From an uncultured Gemmatimonadales bacterium (GTDB taxonomy: Bacteria; Gemmatimonadota; Gemmatimonadetes; Longimicrobiales; RSA9): DNA of 64,000 nt. Where the stretch lies: NCBI GenBank assembly GCA_963708135.1, contig OY970192.1, positions 4,352,001-4,416,000 of the forward strand. The letters run 5' to 3'. Shown here piece by piece: positions 18,072 to 26,112 of this stretch. Numbering within the stretch: position 1 is the stretch's first letter; each line of letters starts with the position of its first letter. The position numbers and the translations under genes were made by a program. A model generated the notes under the pieces. The model saw only the letters and a program-made list of their open reading frames with translations, was not told the DNA's origin and searched no databases.

Positions 18072-19466
18072 ATGTATCGCACGCTCTTCGAGCTGACGTC
18101 GCTGGCGCTGGTGGGCTGGCTGCTGCCGATCGCGCTGCCGCGCTGGTCGGTGACGCGGCGCCTGGGGGAGTCGGAGGTGCTGCCCGCGTACCTCGCGGTT
18201 CTCTACCTGCTGGGCGTGGCGCCGGTTCTCGTGCGGATCGGGCCCGGCCTGGTGCGCGCGATCGCGGATCCCGCGGCGGCGACACGGCTGCTGGCCGTGC
18301 CGGAGCTGGCGCTGCTGGCGTGGATCCACATTCTCACGTTCGACCAGGTCGTCGGGCTGCTGATCTACCGCGACAACATGCGCCACGGCTGGGTCTCGAT
18401 GCGGACGCAATCGGTGCTGCTCGTGGTGACGCTGGTGCTCGGGCCGGTCGGGTACCTGGCCTATTGGGCCCTGCGTCTGCCGCGCCGGAGCGAGGGGGCG
18501 GCGGGGAGCGCCGGCCTGCGCCGCGCCCGCGCCCGGGTGGCCTCCCGCTTCGCCGGGGAGCCGCTGCTCCTGCGGACGGCGACCGGCATCCTCGGCCTCG
18601 GCCTCTTTCTCGCCGCGCTCCTGGCGGTGAACGGCCGCACCATCCCGCCGCACGGCGACCTGGTCCGGGCGCTCGGGTTCGCCGCCGGGCTCGCGGGCTA
18701 CGTCCTGACGCTGGCGATGCTCGCGGGGCCCGCCGCGCTGGATGGCGCCACCGGCAGGCACTGGCGGCGCACCGTCGTCGCGGTGGCCGTGCTGGCGGCG
18801 GCGATCGAGACCGTGCAGTCGCTGCGCGGGCTGACGCCGCGCTTCCCGGTCTCCGGCGGCGCCGCCGACCGCAGTGTCGCCGCGCTCCTCCTCGCCGATG
18901 TGGCGGGCCTGCTGGCCCTGTTCGGCGCGCTGGCCGCGCGCTTCTACACGGGGCGCGACCGGGGCGGTCCGCTCTTGCGGGCGGCCATCCGCTACGCCGC
19001 CGGCGGTGCGGTGGCGGGGCTACTCGGTGGCGGCTTCCTGGCGATCACGGGAGGCGCGACGGTTCCGCCGGCCGGAACCTTCCTTCCGCTGCACCTTCTC
19101 GGGTTGGCCGCGGCCGCGGCGGTGCCGGCGGTGGCGGGGCTCTTCCGGCTCGCGGAGACCCCCGACCGGGCGGCGCTGCCGTGGCTCCACGCCGCCGGAT
19201 TGGGCTGGCTGGGCGCCTGCGCCGCCGTCGCCTGGCAGGCGGGACTCGGCGAGGCGCCTCTCGCGGCTACGGCCGCGAACGCGCTCGCGGCGCTGGCGCT
19301 CGGCACGTGGCTGCTCGCGGCCGGGCAGGCGCTGCTGGCGTGGCGCATCCGGGCGCGCTGGGAGACGCGGGTGGACAGCGCGAGTCCCAATGCGGGCCCG
19401 CCGGAGCCGGCGCTCGAGCTCCTCGAGCCGGCCGAGGCGGGGGAGACGGTCGCTATCCCGAACTGA
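18072..19466 (+). CDS. Membrane protein with an N-terminal ABA4/DUF4281-like domain and additional TM helices
   Basis: W.H.L.FD, L.LGPVG.L.Y; GGGAGG RBS; many hydrophobic segments. Confidence 0.75.
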   Translation: MYRTLFELTSLALVGWLLPIALPRWSVTRRLGESEVLPAYLAVLYLLGVAPVLVRIGPGLVRAIADPAAATRLLAVPELALLAWIHILTFDQVVGLLIYRDNMRHGWVSMRTQSVLLVVTLVLGPVGYLAYWALRLPRRSEGAAGSAGLRRARARVASRFAGEPLLLRTATGILGLGLFLAALLAVNGRTIPPHGDLVRALGFAAGLAGYVLTLAMLAGPAALDGATGRHWRRTVVAVAVLAAAIETVQSLRGLTPRFPVSGGAADRSVAALLLADVAGLLALFGALAARFYTGRDRGGPLLRAAIRYAAGGAVAGLLGGGFLAITGGATVPPAGTFLPLHLLGLAAAAAVPAVAGLFRLAETPDRAALPWLHAAGLGWLGACAAVAWQAGLGEAPLAATAANALAALALGTWLLAAGQALLAWRIRARWETRVDSASPNAGPPEPALELLEPAEAGETVAIPN

Positions 19467-19592
19467 TACGGCCCGGGCGCACGAGGAGAGGACGCCCGCC
19501 AGGGAAGGAGGACCGGCCCGGAACGGACGAGCGGGTGGCCGCTGTCGCGACCACCCGCTTTCCGGTTTCCCGTCCGGACCGCCGCCCGGGCT

Positions 19593-19772
19593 TCAGCCGT
19601 GGTCCGGCAGAAGTCCCTGATAGCGGCGATGGAATACGGGCGCCATGCGCTGGCACCACTGCTCCTGCGTGCCGCCGCGCGAGATATAGCGCGCCAGCAG
19701 CGCACGCTGGAGTGCCATGTACGCGGCGAACGACGTGCCGTAGAGCGCCCGATACTGTTCCGCCAGGATCAT
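19593..19772 (-). CDS. Small hypothetical protein (59 aa)
   Basis: GGAGGAG RBS; aromatic-rich protein-like sequence; sigma54-like site upstream. Confidence 0.7.
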   Translation of the reverse strand: MILAEQYRALYGTSFAAYMALQRALLARYISRGGTQEQWCQRMAPVFHRRYQGLLPDHG

Positions 19773-19858
19773 CTCCTCCACCTCGACCGATCATTCCGGG
19801 AGCCGCCTTCAAATGGGCGGTTCGGGCCCCTGCGGCCCCGCTCCCGGTCGCGTGCTAG

Positions 19859-19874
19859 TGCGAGGACCGTGCCG
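19859..19874 (-). promoter_or_regulatory. Putative sigma54 promoter
   Basis: Minus strand cGG-CACGGTCCTC-GCa. Confidence 0.45.
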
Positions 19875-20371
19875 TCGCGGAATGCCAGGCCGATCTCATT
19901 GAGGCACAACGTAATTGGGGGGTGTTTCCCCCGGCTCCGAGCGGTCGTTTCACACCGGTCGATCGACCACTTTGTACCATCTCAGACACTCGCGTGCGTC
20001 CTCTGACGTGGACGGTTCCCGCTCAGATCCAGCGCAGCGGAATTCGGATCCGAATCCCGCTATCTCCGATACGGGCCGATGCGCCTGGGCTCGTCACGCA
20101 TTGACGACCGGGTCTTCTTGCACGCGGCCGAGGCACGGCGGGGAACCGTCGGATTCGGGTTCCGGGGCTGCGGCCCTGGATTCGGATTCGTGCCCTCGCG
20201 CCATCTCTTCCCTCGCGCGACCGTTTCCGCCCGCGGAGCCGCCTGTGCCGGCCCGCGGCTTGCGTGGCGCGGACCGATCCCCCCGGCCCGCGATCCGCGG
20301 CCGGGCCAGGGGGCGGCGGTCCGGGGGGAGGTGCGTGCCGCCGACATACCAGCGCGCGGGAAATCGTCCAA

Positions 20372-21628
20372 GTGGCGCGGAATTACGATTTGAACCGGAC
20401 CGGAGCGGCCTTCGAGTCCGTCGAGCTGTTCAGGCTGCTGGTCGAATCCGTGATGGACTATGCGATCTTCGCCCTCGACGCGACGGGCCACGTGGTGACC
20501 TGGAACGCCGGGGCGGAGCGGATCAAGGGCTACACGCGCGAGGAGATTGTGGGGCTGCACTTCTCGACGTTCTACCCGGAGGAGGACCGGCTGGCGGGGA
20601 AGCCGGACTGGGAGCTGCGGGTGGCGGCGGAGGAGGGGCGGGTCGAGGACGAGGGGTGGAGGATCCGGAAGGACGGCACGCGCTTCTGGGCGAACGTCGT
20701 GATCACTGCGCTGCGTGCGCCGGACGGCTCGCTCATGGGCTACGCGAAGGTCACACGGGATCTGACGGAGCGGAAGGCGTCGGAGGAGCGGGCGCGTGAG
20801 GATGCGGCGCGTCTGGCGGCGGAGGAAGCCGGTCGCACGGCGGCGGAGCAGCGGGCGCGCGCGTTGGGCGAGCTGCTCGACCGGCTGCAGGAGCAGGCGG
20901 AGGAGTTGGAGCAGCGGCGCGCGGAGGCGGAGGAGGCGAACCGGGCGAAGAGCGCGTTCCTCGCGGCCATGTCCCACGAGCTGCGGACGCCTCTGAACGC
21001 CATCGCCGGCTATACCGATCTGATGCTGCTGGGGATCCGGGGCCCGCTCACTCCGGACCAGATCGCGGACCTGGAGCGGGTGCGCCGGAGCGGGCGCCAC
21101 CTGCTCGCGTTGATCGACGATGTCCTGAATTTCGTCCCGCTCGAGGCCGGCAGCGTGACGTATGACCTGCGCCCGGTGCGGGTGGCCGACGTGCTGGACA
21201 TCGTGCTCGGGATGGTCGATCCGCAGTCCGCCGGCAAGACCCTGGAGTTCGCGGTTCACCCGTGCGGCCCGGAGGTGAGTGTGACTGCGGACCGGGACCG
21301 CTTCGCGCAGATCCTCATCAACCTGCTGGTGAACGCGATCAAGTTCACTCCCGCGGAGGGGCGGATCACGCTCGCCTGCGAGTCGGCGGGTGAGGACGTG
21401 CTGGTGCGCGTTTCGGACACGGGCCCGGGGATCGATCCGGCCCGACTGGAGGCGATCTTCGAGCCGTTCGTGCAGCTCGACACGGGACTTACGCGCGCCG
21501 CGCAGGGGATCGGCCTGGGGCTGTCGATCAGCCGCGAGCTGGCGCGTGGCATGGGCGGCGAGCTCACGGTGGCCAGCGAAGTCGGAGAGGGCTCGACCTT
21601 CACGCTGCGGCTGCGCCGGACCAGCTGA
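20372..21628 (+). CDS. PAS-domain sensor histidine kinase (cytoplasmic, orphan)
   Basis: PAS (DYAIF.LD..G.V.TWN.GAE, RKDG.RFW); H-box SHELRTPL; N-box NAIKFT; DTGPGI; GIGLGL. The start is approximate. Confidence 0.93.
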   Translation: MARNYDLNRTGAAFESVELFRLLVESVMDYAIFALDATGHVVTWNAGAERIKGYTREEIVGLHFSTFYPEEDRLAGKPDWELRVAAEEGRVEDEGWRIRKDGTRFWANVVITALRAPDGSLMGYAKVTRDLTERKASEERAREDAARLAAEEAGRTAAEQRARALGELLDRLQEQAEELEQRRAEAEEANRAKSAFLAAMSHELRTPLNAIAGYTDLMLLGIRGPLTPDQIADLERVRRSGRHLLALIDDVLNFVPLEAGSVTYDLRPVRVADVLDIVLGMVDPQSAGKTLEFAVHPCGPEVSVTADRDRFAQILINLLVNAIKFTPAEGRITLACESAGEDVLVRVSDTGPGIDPARLEAIFEPFVQLDTGLTRAAQGIGLGLSISRELARGMGGELTVASEVGEGSTFTLRLRRTS

Positions 21629-21786
21629 GCCGAGGGGGGCGCAGCACGGGGCGCCCGGGCCGCCCGCCGCGCCGGCTTTGCGACTTGCCGCGCCGCCGCG
21701 CGCGCTCCCATAATGAAGCCGCACACCCACCCGAAGCCCACGTCCCTCCGACGGCCGACCGCCGTGCCGAACCCGGGAGTCGCCCC

Positions 21787-24700
21787 ATGCGCCTTTCCGC
21801 CCTCCTGCTCCTGCCTCTCGCCCTCGCCCCGCTGAACCGTCCGTCTCGCGCAGCCTACCCGGGGACCGCCCTCGGCCCGGCGGGCGCCCGTGCACCAGCG
21901 GCCGCCTCGGATCTCGGCTACTACCGGTTCCCGACCCTGCGCGGGAACACGATCGTCTTCACGGCCGAGGGCGACCTGTGGACGGTGCCGGCCAGCGGCG
22001 GCGAGGCCCGTCGCCTGACCACGCACCTGGCCGAAGAGACGCACCCGGCGATCTCGCCGGATGGCCGCACGCTGGCCTTCACGGCCGGCTACGACGGCCC
22101 CGCCGAGGTCTACACGATGCCGATCGAGGGCGGCGTGCCGACGCGGCATACGTGGGACGGCCTGCCCGGCACCAGGGGCGATCTCGTGCTCGGGTGGACG
22201 ACGGACGGGCGGATCCTCTATTCCACGACGCGCTACTCCACTTTGCCGGAGACGCAGCTGGCGACGCTGGACCCCTCGACCGGCCGGCGCAGCCTCGTCC
22301 CGCTCGCGCAGGCCTCGGACGGGGCGTGGGAGGACGCTACCGGCGCGCTCTACTTCACCCGCTTCGCGAAGCAGTCGAGCAATACGCGCGACTATCGTGG
22401 GGGTACGGCGCAGGGCATCTGGGTGTACGGCGGGGGTGGGGGGGTGAAGGCGGCGCGGGGGGAGGGGGAGGGTACGGGTAAGGGTACGGGTAAGGGTGAG
22501 GGCCCGGCGTGGGATGGCATGGAGGCGGTGGGGCTGACGGGGGACTACCCGGGCACATCGAAGACGCCAATGCCGTGGGGCGGCAGGATCTACTTCGCGT
22601 CGGACCGCGATGGGGTGATGAACCTGTGGTCGATGGACCGGGAGGGGAAGGACCTGAAGCAGCTGACGCACCACGAGGACTTCGAGGTGCAGTGGCCCGC
22701 GATGGACGACGGACGGATCGTCTACCAGGATGGGGCGGACCTGTGGCTGCTGGACGTGCGGAGCGGGCAGGATAGGAAGCTGGACATCCGGCTGCCGTCG
22801 GACTTCGACCAGCTCCGGGCGCGGCGGGTCGAGAAGCCGATGGAGTGGCTGACGTCGGCGCACCTCTCGCCGCACGGCAACCGGGTCGTGCTCACGGCAC
22901 GGGGCCAGGTCTTCGTGACGCCCGCGAAGGCGGGGCAGGGGCGGCTGGTCGAGGCCACGCGCGGGCAGGACGTGCGCTACCGCGACGCGCGCTTCCTGCC
23001 GGACGGCGGCTCGCTGCTGACGCTCTCGGACGAGAGCGGCGAGGTGGAGCTGTGGCGGCTGCCGGCGGACGGCGTGGGCGGGCGGGAGCAGCTCACGACG
23101 GACGGTACGATCCTGCGCTGGGAGGCGGTGCCGAGCCCGGATGGCAGGTGGATCGCGCACACGGACAAGGACCAGCGGCTGTGGGTGCTGGACGCGGCCG
23201 CGAAGACCAGCCGGAAGGTAGCGGAGAGCGCGTACGACGACTTCCGCGATCTGGCCTGGAGCCCCGACTCGCGCTGGCTGGCGTACGTCGAGGCGGGCGC
23301 GAACCAGCTCCGCCGGGTCGTGCTGTACGACACGAAGACGCAGGCGACGACGCCCGTCACCACCGACCGCTATTCCTCGTTCTCGCCGGTCTGGTCGCCG
23401 GACGGGAAATGGCTGTGGCTGCTGTCCGACAGGACCTTCGATTCCGCCGTGGGCTCCCCGTGGGGTGCGTACCAGCCCGAGCCGTTCTTCGACGAGCGTA
23501 CGAAGGTGTACGCCCTCGCGCTGGAGCCGGATGAGACGTTCCCGATGGCGCCCCGCACCGAGCTGATGGCCCGGCCAGCCGCCGCCGATGCGAATCCGGC
23601 GCGCAGCGCGGAGTCCGAATCCGGCGGCTCGGGGCGGGCTGCGGCGAAGAGGGCGGAGGGGCGCGGAGGGTCCGCCGCGGCCGCGTCGCCGAAGGCGGTC
23701 GCGATCCGGCTCGCGGGGCTCGCCGGCCGGCTCTACGAGGCGCCGATCCCGGCGGGCGACTACCGGGACCTGTCGGTGGACGGCGCCGGCAAGCATCTGC
23801 TGGCGCTCGGCGGGAAGGCGGGAGCGCGTACGGCTGACCTCGTCGCCTGGGAGATCTCCCCCGAGAAGCCGAAGCCGAAGACGCTGGCGGAAGGGGTGCG
23901 CGGCTACGAGCTCTCGGCGGACGGCCGGAAGGTGCTGGTGCGGAAGGGGGACGCGCTCTACGTCGTCGCCTCGGACGGGAAGGAGAAGCTGGAGGACGGC
24001 AAGGTGGACCTTTCGGGGTGGAGCTTCCGGCTCGACCCGCGCGAGGAGCTGCGGCAGATGTACGGCGAGGCGTGGCGCCTGGAGCGGGACTACTACTGGG
24101 ATCCGGCCATGCGCGGGCTGGACTGGAAGGCGATCCGGGCCAAGTACCGGCCGCTGGCGGAGCGCGCGACGGACCGCGAGGAACTCTCCGACGTGTTCAT
24201 GCAGATGATCGCCGAGCTCCGGACGCTGCACATGTTCGTCTACGGCGGCGACGTGCGGGAGGGCGAGCAGGTGCTGCCCGCCTCGCTGGGGGCGCGGCTC
24301 GAGCGCGACTCCGCGGCGGGCGGGTACCGTGTGGCCCACATCTACCGCGCGGACCCGGACCAGCCGGAGGATCTGGCGCCGCTGGCGCGGGCGGGCGTGG
24401 GCGTCCGGGAAGGCGATGTCATCACGGCCGTGAACGGGGTGGCGACGCTGTCGGTGCCGGACATCGGCGGATTGCTCGAGGACCAGGCGGGGAAGCAGGT
24501 GCTGCTGGAGGTTCGGCGGGGCACGGGCAGGGGCACGGGCACGGGGGAACTGCCGAAAGCGAAAGCGAAGGCGAAGGCGAAAGCGGGAACGGCTTCGGGA
24601 TTTCGGGTCGTGGTGGAGCCGATCACGCCGCGGGAGGAGGCGGATCTCCGGTACTCGGAGTGGGAGTACACGCGGCGGCTGGCGGTGGACAGCCTGGGTG

Positions 24701-25305
24701 GGGGGAAGCTCGGGTACGTGCATCTCAGGGCGATGGGGTCGTCCGACATCGCGGCGTGGTACCGGCAATTCTACCCGGTGTTCGACCGGGAGGGGCTGGT
24801 GATCGACGCGCGCAGCAACCGGGGCGGCAACATCGAGAGCTGGATCCTGGAGAAGCTGATGCGGAAGGCGTGGATGTACTGGCAGGGGCGGGTGGGGGCG
24901 CCGTACTGGAACATGCAGGATGCCTTCCGGGGGCCGGTGGTGGTGCTGGTGAACGAGAACACGGCGTCGGACGGCGAGCTGTTCGCGGCGGGGTTCCAGC
25001 GACTGGGGCTGGGGAAGGTGATCGGCACGCGCACGTGGGGCGGCGAGATCTGGCTGTCGTCGTCGAACGTGCTGGTGGACCGCGGCATCGCGACGGCGGC
25101 GGAGAACGGGGTGTACGGGCCGGACGGCGTGTGGCTCATCGAGGGCCACGGCGTGGACCCGGACATGGTGGTGGACGACCCGCCGGCGGCCACGTTCCAG
25201 GGCCGGGATGCGCAGCTGGACGCGGCGGTGAAGTACCTCGAGCAGCAGATCCGGGAGCACCCGCCCGTGGTGCCGAAGGCGCCGGCCCGGCCGCCGGTGC
25301 ACTGA
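21787..25305 (+). CDS. Tricorn-like S41 peptidase (beta-propellers, PDZ, S41 core)
   Basis: Signal peptide; SPDG repeats; IDARSNRGG, ASDGE, IGTRTWGG, EGHGVDPD. Confidence 0.93.
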   Translation: MRLSALLLLPLALAPLNRPSRAAYPGTALGPAGARAPAAASDLGYYRFPTLRGNTIVFTAEGDLWTVPASGGEARRLTTHLAEETHPAISPDGRTLAFTAGYDGPAEVYTMPIEGGVPTRHTWDGLPGTRGDLVLGWTTDGRILYSTTRYSTLPETQLATLDPSTGRRSLVPLAQASDGAWEDATGALYFTRFAKQSSNTRDYRGGTAQGIWVYGGGGGVKAARGEGEGTGKGTGKGEGPAWDGMEAVGLTGDYPGTSKTPMPWGGRIYFASDRDGVMNLWSMDREGKDLKQLTHHEDFEVQWPAMDDGRIVYQDGADLWLLDVRSGQDRKLDIRLPSDFDQLRARRVEKPMEWLTSAHLSPHGNRVVLTARGQVFVTPAKAGQGRLVEATRGQDVRYRDARFLPDGGSLLTLSDESGEVELWRLPADGVGGREQLTTDGTILRWEAVPSPDGRWIAHTDKDQRLWVLDAAAKTSRKVAESAYDDFRDLAWSPDSRWLAYVEAGANQLRRVVLYDTKTQATTPVTTDRYSSFSPVWSPDGKWLWLLSDRTFDSAVGSPWGAYQPEPFFDERTKVYALALEPDETFPMAPRTELMARPAAADANPARSAESESGGSGRAAAKRAEGRGGSAAAASPKAVAIRLAGLAGRLYEAPIPAGDYRDLSVDGAGKHLLALGGKAGARTADLVAWEISPEKPKPKTLAEGVRGYELSADGRKVLVRKGDALYVVASDGKEKLEDGKVDLSGWSFRLDPREELRQMYGEAWRLERDYYWDPAMRGLDWKAIRAKYRPLAERATDREELSDVFMQMIAELRTLHMFVYGGDVREGEQVLPASLGARLERDSAAGGYRVAHIYRADPDQPEDLAPLARAGVGVREGDVITAVNGVATLSVPDIGGLLEDQAGKQVLLEVRRGTGRGTGTGELPKAKAKAKAKAGTASGFRVVVEPITPREEADLRYSEWEYTRRLAVDSLGGGKLGYVHLRAMGSSDIAAWYRQFYPVFDREGLVIDARSNRGGNIESWILEKLMRKAWMYWQGRVGAPYWNMQDAFRGPVVVLVNENTASDGELFAAGFQRLGLGKVIGTRTWGGEIWLSSSNVLVDRGIATAAENGVYGPDGVWLIEGHGVDPDMVVDDPPAATFQGRDAQLDAAVKYLEQQIREHPPVVPKAPARPPVH

Positions 25306-25336
25306 CGGCCGGTCGGGGTCGATGCGGCCCGTCAGA

Positions 25337-25714
25337 TCACGGCGCGCCGGAGTCGCGCCGCCAGATCCAGACCGCTTCGCGGCGCAGCGTCGCGGCGAAC
25401 CGGGTAGCAGCCTCGGTCAATTTCGTCCACTCCGCCGCCTCGTAGACGAGAACGTCGGCGGGGACGGGAAGCGAGGACAGGTCCCAGTCGCGGCCGCGCT
25501 CCACGAACGGACGTGCGGCGCGGCCCACGAGCAGCACGACATCCGCATCGCTGCCGACGCCCCAGTTCCCTCGCGCATAGGAGCCGAACAGCCCGACCGC
25601 GAGCAGCTCCGGGTGCGCCGCGCCGGCGCGCTCGGCCCAGGCCTCGAGCGACCGCCGCACAGATGCGGCGTCAGGCCACCTGATTACGGACGAATTCAAT
25701 GATCTCACGGGCAT
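25337..25714 (-). CDS. Minimal nucleotidyltransferase (MNT), putative antitoxin
   Basis: LFGSYARG....GSDADV motif; overlaps the HEPN gene. Confidence 0.88.
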   Translation of the reverse strand: MPVRSLNSSVIRWPDAASVRRSLEAWAERAGAAHPELLAVGLFGSYARGNWGVGSDADVVLLVGRAARPFVERGRDWDLSSLPVPADVLVYEAAEWTKLTEAATRFAATLRREAVWIWRRDSGAP

Positions 25715-26057
25715 GGTCGATGGCCTGCTCGCTCTGCAGCGGTCCGTAATGCTCGAACGGCGCGCCTTCGGGGTGCCCGTTGGGATAGCGGGTGGGGATG
25801 TAGTAGGCGTCCAGGCCGCGGGCCTGCTCGATCAGGAGGGGCGGCACGGACACCGAGGAAGGCAGCTCCTCCAGGAGTCGCGCGACGGCGTGGCCCCAGG
25901 CCTCCTGTCCGAGCCGGAGGTGTAGCGACTTCACGGCCTTCTCCGCCGCCTGGTGCGCGGCGAAGCACGCCCACTCGTGCCGGTCCGCACCGCGCGCGTC
26001 CCGGGCCTGCTCGAGGTCCCGCTCACTCTGGCGAAACCAGTCGTTCCAGCGGTTCAT
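25671..26057 (-). CDS. HEPN-domain protein
   Basis: W..Q...DL, ACF.AHQAAEKAVK, GH, LD.YYIPTRYPNGH (Rx4H). Confidence 0.9.
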   Translation of the reverse strand: MNRWNDWFRQSERDLEQARDARGADRHEWACFAAHQAAEKAVKSLHLRLGQEAWGHAVARLLEELPSSVSVPPLLIEQARGLDAYYIPTRYPNGHPEGAPFEHYGPLQSEQAIDHAREIIEFVRNQVA

Positions 26058-26112
26058 CCCCGCCTTTCACGAACGAAGGCGATCGCGGCGGTCAAGCGGC
26101 CGCCGGAGATCC

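Noticed and set aside
16196..19858. Very long alternative ORFs (also 21256-25302, 26596-30363, 43411-46677, 48744-51698)
   Set aside because: They are antisense or off-frame shadows of real genes in high-GC DNA and carry no motifs.
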